64,000 bases of DNA, taken from the NCBI GenBank assembly GCA_951406725.2, contig OX597820.1:118730001-118794000 (forward strand), read 5' to 3'. The notes beneath the pieces were generated by a model, which saw only the letters and a list, made by a program, of their open reading frames with translations, was not told the origin of the DNA and did no database searches. The position numbers and the translations under genes are program-made. This DNA comes from Octopus vulgaris. Taxonomy: Eukaryota. This document shows, in pieces, positions 13,242 to 26,886 of this stretch (position 1 is the first letter of the stretch; each line of letters starts with the position of its first letter).

Positions 13242-13814
13242 GCGGCGAGCTGGCAGAAACGTTAGCACGCCGGGCGAAATGCTTTGCAGTATTTCATCTG
13301 CCGTTACGTTGTGAGTTCAAATTCCGCCGAGGTCGACTTTGCCTTTCATCCTTTCGGGGTCGATAAATTAAGTACCAGTTACGCACTGGGGTCGATGTAA
13401 TCGACTTAATACCCATGTCTGTCCTTGCTTGTCCGCTCTGTGTTTAGCCCCTAGTGGGTAATAAAGAAATAGGTATTTCGTCTGCCGTTACGTTGTGAGT
13501 TCAAATTCCGCCGAGGTCGACTTTGCCTTTCATCCTTTCGGGGCCGATAAATTAAGTACCAGTTACGCACTGGGGTCGATGTAATCGACTTAATACCTAT
13601 GTCTTTCCTTGTTAGTCCTCTCTATTTTTAGCCCCTTGTGGGTAATAAAGAAATAGGTATTTCGTCTGCCGCTACGTTCTGAGTTCAAATTCCGCCGAGG
13701 TCGACTTTGCCTTTTATCCTTTCGGGGTCGATAAATTAAGTACCAGTTACGCACTGGGGTCGATGTGATCGACTTAATACCTATGTCTGTCCTTGTTTGT
13801 CCCCTCTGTGTTTA
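13242..13814 (+). mobile_element. SINE family B: tRNA head followed by three tandem 184-bp units
   Basis: Head GCGGCGAGCTGGCAGAAACGTTAGCACG; units start at 13289, 13473 and 13657 (GTATTTC..AAAGAAATAG). Confidence 0.9.
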
Positions 13815-13829
13815 TGAAAAACATATCTG

Positions 13830-14095
13830 GAAAATACAGTTCTATATTTAAGAGATAAGGAATCATGTACAATATTTACAGTATTTACATTTGGCAGATA
13901 TTTGTCCTCATCTTCTTTGTTGTTAACACAATGTTTCGGCTGATATACCCTCCAGCCACCATCAGGTGTCTTGGGGAAATTTCGAACAATGGTACACTAT
14001 AGTGTAGTGGCTAAGAGCGCGGCCTACTAACCCCAAGATTCCGAGTTCGATTTCAAGCAGTTAGCAGAATAGTAATAATAATAATGATGATGATG

Positions 14096-14156
<61 letters not shown>

Positions 14157-14214
14157 TAATAATAATGATAATAATAATAATAATAATAGTAATAATAATA
14201 ATAATGATAATAAC

Positions 14215-14287
<73 letters not shown>

Positions 14288-14319
14288 TTGAAAAATGTGA
14301 ACCCAGGTTCGAAATTTCC
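13830..14319 (+). mobile_element. Family C element copy 1: inverted HHR tail + tRNA-Ile-like head + (AAT)n + tail start
   Basis: Head ~13991-14062 with A box (TAGTGTAGTGG) and B box (GAGTTCGATT). 13830-13987 is the reverse complement of the tail seen in copy 2. Confidence 0.75.
13925..13970 (-). ncRNA. Minimal type I hammerhead (core A9>G, likely inactive), family C
   Basis: GACAC-CUGAUGG-U-GGCUG(10 nt)CAGCC-GAAA-CA-UU-GUGUU. Confidence 0.6.
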
Positions 14320-14529
14320 TATGTTATAAGTACACTTGTCTGTGGAGTGCTCAGCCACTTGCATGTTAAATTCACGAGTAGGCTGTTCCGTTGATCAGAT
14401 CAACTGGAAAACTCGTCGACGTAACCGAGGGAGAGCCACGATAATCAGGCAGGTCAGTAAAGAAAGTATGTATAAAAGTTTATGGAGGAAAAGCACCGTA
14501 CAACTCAATTATTTATCCCAACAATCATT

Positions 14530-14725
14530 AAAGAGGTTTAGCCACTACACACATTTTTTTCTCTCCTTGTTTCTCTCTCTGTTTTTTTTCTGTGTATCTT
14601 TCTGTAGAAGAGCGTAGGCTCGAAACGTAAAAGACTTTTTCTATTCCTGAGCGTTATACTAATACATCTGTTTGTTTTGTACACCACCTGTCTTCGTAAT
14701 TTGTATTTTTCGTAAACTCTTCCTT
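14530..14725 (+). mobile_element. ~200-bp solo pLTR-like repeat with A6U hammerhead-like motif (14597-14634)
   Basis: UCUUU-CUGUAGA-A-GAGC(GUAG)GCUC-GAAA-CG-UA-AAAGA; homologous copies at ~15785-15960 (+) and ~34850-35053 (-). Confidence 0.7.
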
Positions 14726-15784
14726 TAATATTTTATAGTACGGTATAAAGAGAGTCAAGACTATTGAAAGGGTTGCAAGACGCAACGAAAATTTTAGAAA
14801 ATAAAAATAAGAAATAAGTGGAAATTTTACCGGTGATTGTGTTACATTATAAGGCACTAAAAGAGAATGACTCCTCCAGACACAACAGAATATGCTTCAA
14901 CACACGAACTCATATAAAGAATCTTGCAAACCAAATCCAAAAACGAAATATAAAGAAAACAGTTTTTGGAATCTGTCCTAGTTTTAGAAAATGGGTTCGT
15001 TAAGAGTTATTCTTAATTTTTGGGAGATTTCAGCCTTCCATTTAATTGTGCTTCATTTTCAGGAAAACTATGACATGTAGTAATTACATATTTTCGTTTT
15101 CCGGAAGTTTCGAGCAAACAATATTGCTATCCCGCATTAAAAGTTATTTACCAGTTGTTATACAAAGGATTCGTGTGCAAAACGAACGTTGGAAAGTTAT
15201 GCAATAATGATAGCTGTAAGGGTAAATTGCCAAAGGGTGATTTAATGGAGGCGAAAGAAAGACAATTTGATGTCATTGGAGGATGTTTGCGCTGCTATTT
15301 AGAAATGATTTACCAGTTGTTATACAATGTCTGTGTAAAACGCTTGGAAAGTTTCAATAATGATAGTTAAGGGTAAATAGGAACGTGATTCGAAATATGT
15401 ATCAGAGACTTTGAATGCCACTTACTTTTTTCCCCTTCCCACCACTTTACAGAATGTGGTTGTTTCAGCGATTGCAGTAGCTGTTGTTGTAGATTTTGTA
15501 AGAGAGGTTTCAAAGATGTTACCTCGATATTACTCTATTCAGATATTTTAACAAATGTGTGATTTACTGGAGCGAATTTAACAGCTTCACTCATATATTA
15601 GATATTTATTATCTTACTGATAATAGGAATATTCTATGCTAATTATTATTTCTCCCTTAGTTGTTTCTTTCTCTGTTTCCTAGTCTTCCTTTCTCTTTCA
15701 CTTTCTTTTTCTCACATTCTCTCAAATCTATCTTTCTATCGTTCCATTCGTTTGTCATACAAATTAGTATATATACATATGTAT

Positions 15785-15960
15785 CTTCGCCATGATAGAT
15801 CCTTTTTCTATTTTCTCTCCTTGTTCATGTTGAGGTTCCTTTCTGTCGAAGAGCGTAGGCTCGAAACGTAAAAGACTTTCTCTACTCCTGAGCGTTAAAC
15901 TAATACATCTCTTTATTCTTTACACACCCGTCGTTATATTTGTTTTGTAAATTCTCACTA
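15785..15960 (+). mobile_element. Second copy of the A6U-HHR repeat (motif 15839-15874)
   Basis: CUUU-CUGUCGA-A-GAGC(GUAG)GCUC-GAAA-CG-UA-AAAG; followed by a TA-rich tract. Confidence 0.7.
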
Positions 15961-16821
15961 TATATACATACATACATATATATATATATAGAGAGAGAGA
16001 GAGGGAGATATAGATACATTCATACATACATATTCGTACATATGTACGTACCTACATCACATGTATATATACATGCACATATGGGTACAGGACACACAAA
16101 AAACACTAACACACACACACACACACACCAGAAACACACTTAAACAACATATATAGTAATAGCAAACTACAATATATTTCTGAACTTAATAAATGTCCAT
16201 TTCTTGGTTTTGTGTTTATGTTTTCGTTTCTCATTGTGTTCGACGTTTTTTTTGGTGTCCTGTACCCATATATGCATGTATATATACATGTAGAGGTAGG
16301 TACGTACATAAATGTTAGTATATATATCATTTTTATTGATAAAGCGGCGAAATATATATATATATATATATATATGGAAAATTATAGATATATAGATACA
16401 TTCATACATCATACATATTCACACACCCGCGCACACATACACGATCATAGACACACAGACGCGCGCATACACACACGCACACACACAAACACACACACAC
16501 ACACAAACACACACAGATATATAGCAACAGCAAACTACAATGTATTTCTGAACTTAATAAATTTCACATCTATGAAGTTGCCTGCTTTCGTTGCCCCTAA
16601 ATGTTAGATATTCATTATTGATAAAGCGGCGAAATATTCACAAATAAAATGTTTAGTCCTTATTCCCACCATTTCCTTTTAGCGTCAGTATATAGGTCAG
16701 AGCTAACATTGTAAAATCTTCATTAGATTACAGATCCGCCTCCGCTGATGAAGACAACAGCCAATTTTAACTCTGCGAAATATCAGACTACGAGCCTGAA
16801 TTCAAAAACGTACCCAAGTTT

Positions 16822-17306
<485 letters not shown>

Positions 17307-17842
17307 GAAAATACAGTATTTTGCCTTTCTTGCTCACAAGAGATTATGACCGATCTTTAGCATACTGCTGTATGTCTGCTCAAACCACAATCATAGGGAA
17401 AATTGTTGAGAATTATCAATAAAAACAAAGGTGATAAATAGGCGCAGTTGTTGCAAATTAAGTTTAATTACCACTAAGCATCAGCTTCGACGACACTTTA
17501 CTCAACCGAGTAAAATATTTAGTACATAGCCCGGACTGTGATTATCAGCATGCACGTCAGGCTTCAAGAAATAGTTAACCATTTAATGGTTGTAGTAAAT
17601 TTATAGAGAAAAAGTCATCACTATACCGTCAAGCATAAGTAAAAGTCAACTTCATTATATCTAAGCCCATTAAATGAGTCAACTTCCGGTACGAATGTTG
17701 TTTTTTCAACAACAACCAAAAAAAATTCTTAAAAAATTCTGGAAACGATTTACTCTTGTAATTTACGGGCCAACTAAACTTTATTTTTATTTTTACGCAA
17801 AAAAAAGTGTGCAAATTACATGTTTTTTTTTACGGTAAATCC

Positions 17843-18120
17843 TGGTTCTCCGTCGGTTACAGCGATGATTGTTCCAGTTGATCTCATCAGCGGTACAGTC
17901 TGCTCCTGTTTGTAAAACTACCGTAGAACTCCCTGAGCGCTCCGCAAACGCGCGTACTCTTAACATAGTTCTCAGTGAGTTTCGGAGTGACACAAAGTGT
18001 GACATGATCGGCCCTTTGAAATTACAGGTACTGAAGAAATGTGAAATAAAGTGTCTTGCTCAAGTGCACGATACACTGCCGGATATCGAACTCCCAGTCT
18101 CACGATCATGAGCCGAATCG
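17843..18120 (-). mobile_element. tRNA-derived SINE family D (diverged)
   Basis: Minus-strand B box GAGTTCGATATCC followed by CTTGAGCAAGACACTTTA; 3' part similar to 14320-14440; related head at ~35295-35398 (-). Confidence 0.55.
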
Positions 18121-18148
18121 GAGAAGATAGAGGAGATTTTATGAAATA

Positions 18149-18551
18149 CTAGCAGTATCGCCCGGCGTTGCTCGGGTTTGTAAGGGAAATAACTATATAA
18201 GCATTTTTAGAGAGTTATAGCCAAAAAATAGCAAAAAAAAGCATTAAAAATGGAAAGAAAATGATAGTAATTTTTTTTAAAAAATCGTTGACTCATCGTA
18301 GACATTTTTAGAGAGTTACTTCCCTTATATAATAGCGAAAAAAATGCATTAAAATGGAAAAAAATGATGGTAATCTTTTTTTTTAATCGTAGACTCATCG
18401 TAGACGCGCACTAATACCCAGAAGAGCTCGATATGAATCACGACTATAAGATACCCGGTTTTGGTTAATCTGCACCGCAAAATGTGGGAGTAGTTAGGAA
18501 TCTAAATCGTAGGAGACAGACAGCACACAACCTCACTTTTATATATAAAGA
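18149..18551 (-). mobile_element. Non-autonomous Helitron
   Basis: 5' TC, 3' hairpin CCCGAGCAACGCCGGG then CTAG, inserted between A and T; second copy at 44553-44917. Confidence 0.85.
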
Positions 18552-19028
18552 TATGTAGAATAAAATGATTTTATTTAAAATTGTTTCTTTGTTTTACCTG
18601 TATTTATACGTTATTAATGTAAAGCTGAGTTTTTAATATTTAAATGTGTCCTGTGGTAATTGATTTGCATGTAAGAAATATTTTCGCGTTACAATTGCGA
18701 ACATATAGAGATGGTTCTGTGCACGTGGTTCTGTGCACGTGTGTGTCCAAAATTATGTGCAAACGGGAATAGTTTTATAGACAAGAGAATGTAAGCGAGA
18801 GCGATGGGGAGGGAGAGAGAAGGAGAGAGAAGAAAGGAGAGATAACCAGAGAGAGAGAGAGAGAGTGATAGAGAGTGAGAGAGAAAAACAGAGAGAGAAA
18901 TGGTTACAAATATTCCATTGGAGAAAATATTTTTAATATGTAATAATATTTTTATGGCAAAAATGGAGATAAGCAGTAAAAACAGAAAGAAAGAGACAGA
19001 CAGACAGACACACAGACAGAGAGAGGCT

Positions 19029-19082
<54 letters not shown>

Positions 19083-19336
19083 GAGAGAGTGAGAGGGGCT
19101 GGGGAGAGAGGGAAGCTGTGGAAAAGGGGAAAGGGAGTAATAAAAAACACAAAAATAAACGAACAATAGAAAAAAATGATCTTAGCAGATTCCTATTATT
19201 CTAGATAGAAAATGTGTTGCGAATAAGAGCAGTGAAAACAAAGAAGACGTTTGATAGCACTGGTATTAATTGATGAGCTGCAGTAACACGTGGCGGTGAA
19301 CCACAATACTAAGAAGACAAGTTGGTTACCACCAAC

Positions 19337-19367
<31 letters not shown>

Positions 19368-19573
19368 CTAAAATGATGAAGGTTCTCATTTGCGTGGGCC
19401 TCATCCTCCTTCTCCTTTCCCTCCCCTTCCTCCTCCTCCTCCTCCTCCTCCTCCGCCTTCACCTCCTCCCCATCTTTATAGCACTAGTGATTCATTCATG
19501 ATCCTGTTGCCTCAGCGTTAAACATCACGATCATAATCATCATCATCATCCTCATAATAATAATAATAATAAT

Positions 19574-19608
<35 letters not shown>

Positions 19609-19717
19609 CCATTATCACCACACCTCCTCCGCCTCACGTCTGTTTCTTTTTTCTCTCTCCCAATTTTGCAATATTAATAAAACAAAACTCTAAACATTTA
19701 TTCTGTAATGGTTGATT

Positions 19718-19757
<40 letters not shown>

Positions 19758-19827
19758 CTATCAAAACCATTTTTTCCTTCATCACTTACAACTATTAAAT
19801 TAGCTCCTACAGGTCCAGCAACAGCGG

Positions 19828-19834
19828 GACTACG

Positions 19835-19891
<57 letters not shown>

Positions 19892-19913
19892 GCTGCTGCT
19901 GCTGCGACTACTA

Positions 19914-19995
<82 letters not shown>

Positions 19996-20027
19996 CACCA
20001 CCACCACTATCACTACTACTGCTGCTG

Positions 20028-20072
<45 letters not shown>

Positions 20073-20099
20073 TTACTACAACTACTTCTGCTGCTGCTG

Positions 20100-20140
<41 letters not shown>

Positions 20141-20160
20141 GCTGCTGCTGCAACTGCAAC

Positions 20161-20196
<36 letters not shown>

Positions 20197-20276
20197 CACC
20201 ACCACCACCACTATCACTACTACTGCTGCAGCTGCTACTACTACTTCTATTACTACTTCTATTACTACTGCTGCTG

Positions 20277-20346
<70 letters not shown>

Positions 20347-20348
20347 AG
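19828..20348. repeat. Compound (CTA)n/(CTG)n/(CCA)n microsatellite
   Basis: Direct reading. Confidence 0.95.
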
Positions 20349-20951
20349 CTTTCCTTATTATTTTTCTTATCAATATCACGAAGACCAGAAACCACAGCAA
20401 GAAATCGAAGAGCAGCAGCGAAAACGATGGTTATAATGATAATATAATTTAGATATGTATATATATTAATCTGCACATACACAAACTACACGAAACATAA
20501 TACACTATAAAACATTCACACACACACACATACACACACACACATATACACACACACATACACGCGCGCACAGACGCCCACATATATACACCCATGTGTG
20601 TGTGTGTGTGTGTGTGTATATTGGCGATAGACATTCATGCGTGTTGATGGAGAAAGGCAGTAAAGGGAATTATTTGACAACTGAAAGATGAGTAAATATT
20701 ATACTAAGGTCGTACTTCGGTCGTTTCATTTGCTAATGTTCGTACAAGAAGGTGCGTGCGTGTGTGTGTATGCGTGTGTGTGAACTTGTGCATGTGTGCA
20801 TGCATGTCTTATGTACCTATGTATATGTTTATACATACATACATATATATATAATATATATATATGCAATGTATATATAAATATTTATATATAATATATA
20901 TATATGCAATGTATATATAAATATTTATATATAATATATATATATGCAATG

Positions 20952-20993
<42 letters not shown>

Positions 20994-21060
20994 ATGTATA
21001 TATAGATATATAAATATATATATATATATATACATTACACACACATATGCGTAATATTTG

Positions 21061-21114
<54 letters not shown>

Positions 21115-21168
21115 TGTAATATCTGTAAGTGTCTGTATTATATATGTATATATATATACATGTGTATA

Positions 21169-21212
<44 letters not shown>

Positions 21213-22844
21213 CATACACGCATATGAATATGTATACATGCATATACGTACACACACACACGCACATATACATATATATATATATATATATATATTCAAG
21301 CGCACCTAAGAATATATACTATTTCACATTCGCTTTGTTTCCATCTTTTGTTTTTCTTTACTTTTTATTACCAATTCCTTCATTTTTTTTTTTTTAGTTA
21401 TATCTTCTAATTTAATATTCTCCTACCCACATATACTGCCACTCTCTTTCTCTCTCCTTCTCCTCTTACTCCTCCTCCTTTCTCATTCACTAAAACACAT
21501 AAATACACCTTCTCTCCATCTCCACCACCCCCGCACATCTCTCTCTCTCTCTCCCTCCTTATCCATTTCTATCGTACGCCTTTGTACAATGACCAATGTT
21601 CATTGCTTATCTTGGAAGCTTCAATCTCTGGAGAAATTTCAGTAATGAGGTAAGGCTAATAATATTGCGAGCGCAATAACAATATCCTTCTTCTGACTAA
21701 TATTACGAAGGCAAATAATAGAAATATACAAAGAAGAACATAAGACAATATATAACAAGAAGTTCAAGTTACAAATGATGCTAGCAGAGGAGGCTGATGC
21801 CGTTTTGAATTGTTGTTGCTGTCGTGGACTTTGTAGTTGTTGACCTTAAAGCTTTGGCTGACATATTGATACTGTTGTTATTGTTGGTGTTGACTATGAT
21901 AGCAACAACGGAGAGTAAGTAGAACACTAATGTATTTTTATTTGGTTGACAAATACTAAAAGTGAAATATCACCTGACCGTCTAGTACATTCTCATGAGG
22001 TTCAGCCAGCTATTATCTTGGTATATAACTATGTACAGAGAAATTGTCAAGAATGTTCTGAATTGTGATAAATTTCCAGATAAGATGCTGAACAGAGAAT
22101 AAAGTAAAAGAAGGCGGCATGAAATGTAGCGTATTCGAAATTAGTATTAACAATTTTGGACTAGTTTTCAAATAAGAAAATAAATCATAAATATATGTTT
22201 ATATTATTTCGTGTTTTCATCGATTTGTGAGACACTGTACAAATTGATGACGTGGATTTCCATGGATACATAGACATTTGATTTCGTGTTTGGTGTTGCA
22301 ACCATGTGGGGACGTATCGGTTCCCATCATGCCACACTCAATTCAGTTTGTAACAAACCCTCTTTAGTGAAATTGGTAGACGGAATCTTACCCTTATACC
22401 CTCCTCCACATTTATACAATCTCCTCCACATACGCACACATCAACACACATACACGCACACACAAATACATGCACACAGTCACACATAAACACACACACG
22501 TATATACCTCTCAGGATGTCTTTATATCAGTGCAATGTGAACAAATTCCTGCAACAGAATGAAGACAGCTTCCATAAATGGCCTTCATCTCCGATCCAGA
22601 GCCTTAGAAAGACCGTTGATGACCCAGAAGTTTTGAGCCGAAGGCATGGATTTCTCCATAGTCTTCAGAAAGTCTTCCTGGCATTCAAGTTACAAAGCTG
22701 AAATGACTCTAAAATCTTTCACCATGCTTAGCAATCATGTATCTGAAAGTCAAGGATTATCTACGGATGCGCAACGTCATCATATTTTATTTTTTCGCTA
22801 TTATTATTTCACTATTATTTTCGCTAACTTTCGGGAATACATAT

Positions 22845-23268
22845 GGATCTTTTCGGTTTGAACGGCAGTTTTTCCTAGCGGTGTCATATGAAATTGTCAC
22901 CCATAATGACGACGCTAGTATCGATCTATTGCATTTCTGTCTGTTTTAGGGTTAGGGTTAGTTAGAGTTTGGGTTAGGGGTGGGGGAAAAAGTATCTTTT
23001 TTTCTCCACAAATGTAAATAAACCCAATCTGTTTCTTAAACGAGCGACATATTCATACGGCACAGAATATTTTTTTTACCTCAATAGACGTAATTGATTG
23101 GTTGAAATTGAAAAAAAAACAACAAATATCTTACAAACTTTGGAATGTTCTCAATAAAGCCAAGAGAAAAAGATGTTTTATAAACACATTCAACCAGTAT
23201 ACGAAGTTTAAATTTTTTTAGTTACCTAGAAATTATGTTAAAAACTGCCGTTCAAACCGAAAAGATCC
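22845..23268. mobile_element. MITE with ~29-bp TIRs and 8-bp TSD (Merlin-like)
   Basis: TIR GGATCTTTTCGGTTTGAACGGCAGTTTTT at both ends; TSD ATACATAT at 22837-22844 and 23269-23276; internal TTAGGG-like repeats. Confidence 0.85.
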
Positions 23269-23430
23269 ATACATATTGCTTTTACGTGGCGAATTTACAA
23301 ATATCATAATTAAAACATAGAAAAGCTTTGTGTGAAAAACGGTAATTTCTATAAAGAGTCTATCACTTTCTTCATTAATATAGTTTTAATAGTTTTTCAT
23401 GCATTCCTATATTATGGTTCCACATCTATA

Positions 23431-23865
23431 GGCGCAGGCGTGACTGTGTAGTAAGAAGCTTGATTCCCAACCACATGGTTCCGTGTTCAGTCCCACTGCA
23501 TGGCACCTAAGGCAAGTGTCTTCTACTATAGCCTGGGACCGACCAAAGCCTTGTGAGTGGACTGAAAAAAGCCCGTCTTGTATATATATATAAATATATA
23601 TATGAATAAATGAAAAGAATGGAGTCGAACGAAGATTTTAACAAAATTCCTTTACTTTCGACATATGTTTCGAAGACTGCATACTCTTAATTCTGAAGGA
23701 ATGAAGGTTGCATTATGCCGTCTTCTCATCAGGAAATACAAGGAACCTCTATCAGCCTCAAGACGGACAAAAGCTTCTTAATGACTGCCTACATGATTTC
23801 CACAGTAATAATGAGAAATTATTTAAAATAATCCGTTATAAGGAATGACGTCAAAATTATATATG

Positions 23866-23926
<61 letters not shown>

Positions 23927-24015
23927 GTATACATATATATATATATATATATATATAAATGGCGGTGCCCCAGCATGGCCACAGCTCGGGAGCTGAAACT
24001 AGATAAAATAAAATA
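23431..24015 (+). mobile_element. SINE family A interrupted in its (TA)n tract by an HHR element
   Basis: Head 23431-23580; tail GGCGGTGCCCCAGCATGGCC at ~23960-24015. Confidence 0.7.
23656..23736 (-). ncRNA. Type I hammerhead ribozyme with extended stem II, in a ~255-bp (TA)n-flanked insertion (~23604-23858)
   Basis: UUUC-CUGAUGA-GAAGACGGCAUA...UAUGCAGUCUUC-GAAA-CAUAUG-UC-GAAA: perfect core, palindromic stem III, GUC site. Confidence 0.85.
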
Positions 24016-24035
24016 AAATATATATATATATAATT

Positions 24036-24066
<31 letters not shown>

Positions 24067-24532
24067 TCTTATTTGGGATTTAAAAATCTTATACCTATAA
24101 CTAAAACACAAAAAAAAATCTCTAAAAATTACTGCTGTCATCATTTCTTAGAATAAACATTGAAAAATGGTTTGGCATAATTTCTAAAAATAGCCAAACA
24201 ACTACTACTGCTGTCTTCAGGAACATATATAAAAGACAAAAGACAGCCAGTCAAACACAGTTGAAACACTCTTGTCACAACCTGGGACTTTGAAGATGGT
24301 TTAAATGCAAGAAAGTATACTAGTCCCTTAATATTTTATATTCAATATTTCATCTATTCAATAAGACAATCAATACTTCATTTCATTTTACTATATATAT
24401 TATTTATACTATATATTCTATATTCTACATAAATAATATAAAGAATATAAATAAAACATAAAAAACAGAGTTGGAATTCCTTTGAATAATATATATCCCT
24501 CTATACACAACCATACAAACCCCTTTATATAT

Positions 24533-24694
24533 AGGAGTGGCTGTGTGGTAAGTAGCTTGCTAACCAACCACATGGTTCCGGGTTCAGTCCCACTGCGTGG
24601 CACCTTGGGAAAGTGTCTTCTGCTATAGCCCCGGGCCAACCAATGCCTTGTGAGTGGATTTGGTAGACGGAAACTGAAAGAAGCCTGTCGTACA

Positions 24695-24767
<73 letters not shown>

Positions 24768-24967
24768 TTGTGTATCTGTGTTTGTCCCCCTAGCATTGCT
24801 TGACAACCGATGCTGGTGTGTTTACGTCCCCGTCACTTAGCGGTTCGGCAAAAAAGACCGATAGAATAAGTACAAAGAATAAGTCTCGGGGTCGATTTTC
24901 TCGACTAAAGGCGGTGCTCCAGCATGGCCGCAGTCAAAATGACTGAAACAAGTAAAAGAGTAAAAGA

Positions 24968-24968
<1 letters not shown>
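24533..24968 (+). mobile_element. SINE family A, near full length
   Basis: AGGAGTGGCTGTGTGGTAAG...GGTTCAGTCCC...CACCTTGGGAAAGTGTCTT...AAACAAGTAAAAGAG. Confidence 0.9.
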
Positions 24969-25029
<61 letters not shown>

Positions 25030-25039
<10 letters not shown>

Positions 25040-25467
25040 CTGTGTTAGTCCCCCCACTATCGCTTGACAAACCGATGTTGATGTGTTTACGCCCCCGTAG
25101 CGGTTCGGCAAAAGTAACCAATGGAACAGGCTTACAAGGAATAAGACCTGGGGTCAATGTATTCGACTAAAGGCGCTGCTCCATCATGGCCGCAGTCAAA
25201 TAACTGCAGCGATTAAAATAATTAAAGAATTTTAAAAATCTGTTTGAAAGAAAACTATAACAAAAACAAACAAATAGGAAGAATAATAACTCGAAGCAGA
25301 GGAGTGGCTGTGTGGTAAGGAGTTTGCTCCCCACCCACATGATCCCGGGTTCAGTCCCATTGCACGGCACCTTTTGCAAGTGTCTTCAAACAGTATCCCT
25401 GGGCCCCGACTAAAGGCTTGTCAGTAGTAGACACTGACTGAAACAAACCCACCTATCTGTCTATCGA

Positions 25468-25545
<78 letters not shown>

Positions 25546-25740
25546 ACTGAGCGAGTGTGTATGCGTGTCTTGTTTTCTGCCACTGTCCGCTTGACAACGA
25601 ATGGTATGTTTACCGACACGTAACTTAGCGGTTCGTCAAAAGAGTCTTATGGAATAAGTACCAGGGTTAAAAACAAATTCTGAGACCGATTCGTCCGACT
25701 GCATGTTTGCAGACTAATGACTGAAGCAAGCAAAAAAAAG
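25030..25740 (+). mobile_element. Cluster of partial/diverged SINE family A copies
   Basis: 3' part ~25030-25205; head ~25299-25440; diverged tail ~25560-25740. Confidence 0.65.
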
Positions 25741-26855
25741 TAAAGAAGATTAGACTTTGTTTCTGATATATTGTTGGTGTAAATTTGTTTTAACGGTGCC
25801 TGACCTTTCAGATGTCCATTAAAATTTATTTCACTGCATCGCACTCGCCTAGAACTTGTTATATATTCACGTGGAAATTATGACAAAGGCTGTTTTATAG
25901 GATCCGTTCTATTTCTAACATCACATCATGGACACCATGTGGTTGGGAAGCAAGCTTCTTCCCACACACTGTAATATTGAAAGTTTCACACACAAAAAAA
26001 AAAATGGAAAAAAAGGAAATAGGTGAGATATGATTGTGTGGTTCAAAACCTCGTTTTACAACACCGTGGTTTCGGTTTCAATGTCACTACACCTTGGGAA
26101 AATCTCGTCTACTCTAACTCTGGGTCGACTAAAGCCTCCGAGTGAATTTGGCAGGTGAGAGAACCCGTAGTATGAATATACATACAAGCACATACGCACA
26201 CAAGCACACATGCACGCGATCACACACAAGCGCACACACACGCACTCATATATGCATGTGTACATGCATGTATGTGTGTGTATTTGTATCTTTGTGACTG
26301 ACAGCGTGTGATGGTTTCTTTACAACCTTGTAATACAGAAGTTCGGCAAAGCAGACTGATAGAATAAGCGCGACACTAAAGAGAAAAAGATAAAATAAAA
26401 TGAGGAATGGTGTGGATATATACGATTAAAACCATCTGTAGCAAAGCTCCAGCATGGGCGAATCCAAAGGATGAAATAGGTAAAATGTAAAAGAAACAAT
26501 CCGACGGCTATCAAATGGCAGACGATCATCGTGATCGTCTGGCAGAAGATGGCGGAATCTCTGAAGTCCTGTATGGCTGTTTTGCAAACATCAATGGGAG
26601 CATATCAGACTGAAATAAGAACCAGAGATAATTTCTAATGGAACGTGAGGGAAGTAAAAGGTAAACTTAATCTAAGCTGTTTGGTGGGATTTCATTCATA
26701 GTAATTCTACAAACAATACAGCCGAAAGATTCTCCAAATATTTAATTTTCTATCTCATCCTCCATACTTCTCTTTCTCTCTGTCTATGTCTCTCTCTCTC
26801 TCTCTTTTCTTATGCATGATTTTATACAACACATACACACACGATTGTAATAGGA

Positions 26856-26886
<31 letters not shown>

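Noticed and set aside
13289-13814. Possible CRISPR-like array
   Set aside because: Full-length tandem 184-bp SINE units with no unique spacers; eukaryotic context, no cas genes.
13991-14062. Functional tRNA gene
   Set aside because: Acceptor and anticodon stems are imperfect and there is no T-run terminator; it is the head of a repeat.
16741-16800. CTGATGA...GAAA hammerhead-like motif
   Set aside because: Stems I and II do not pair convincingly.
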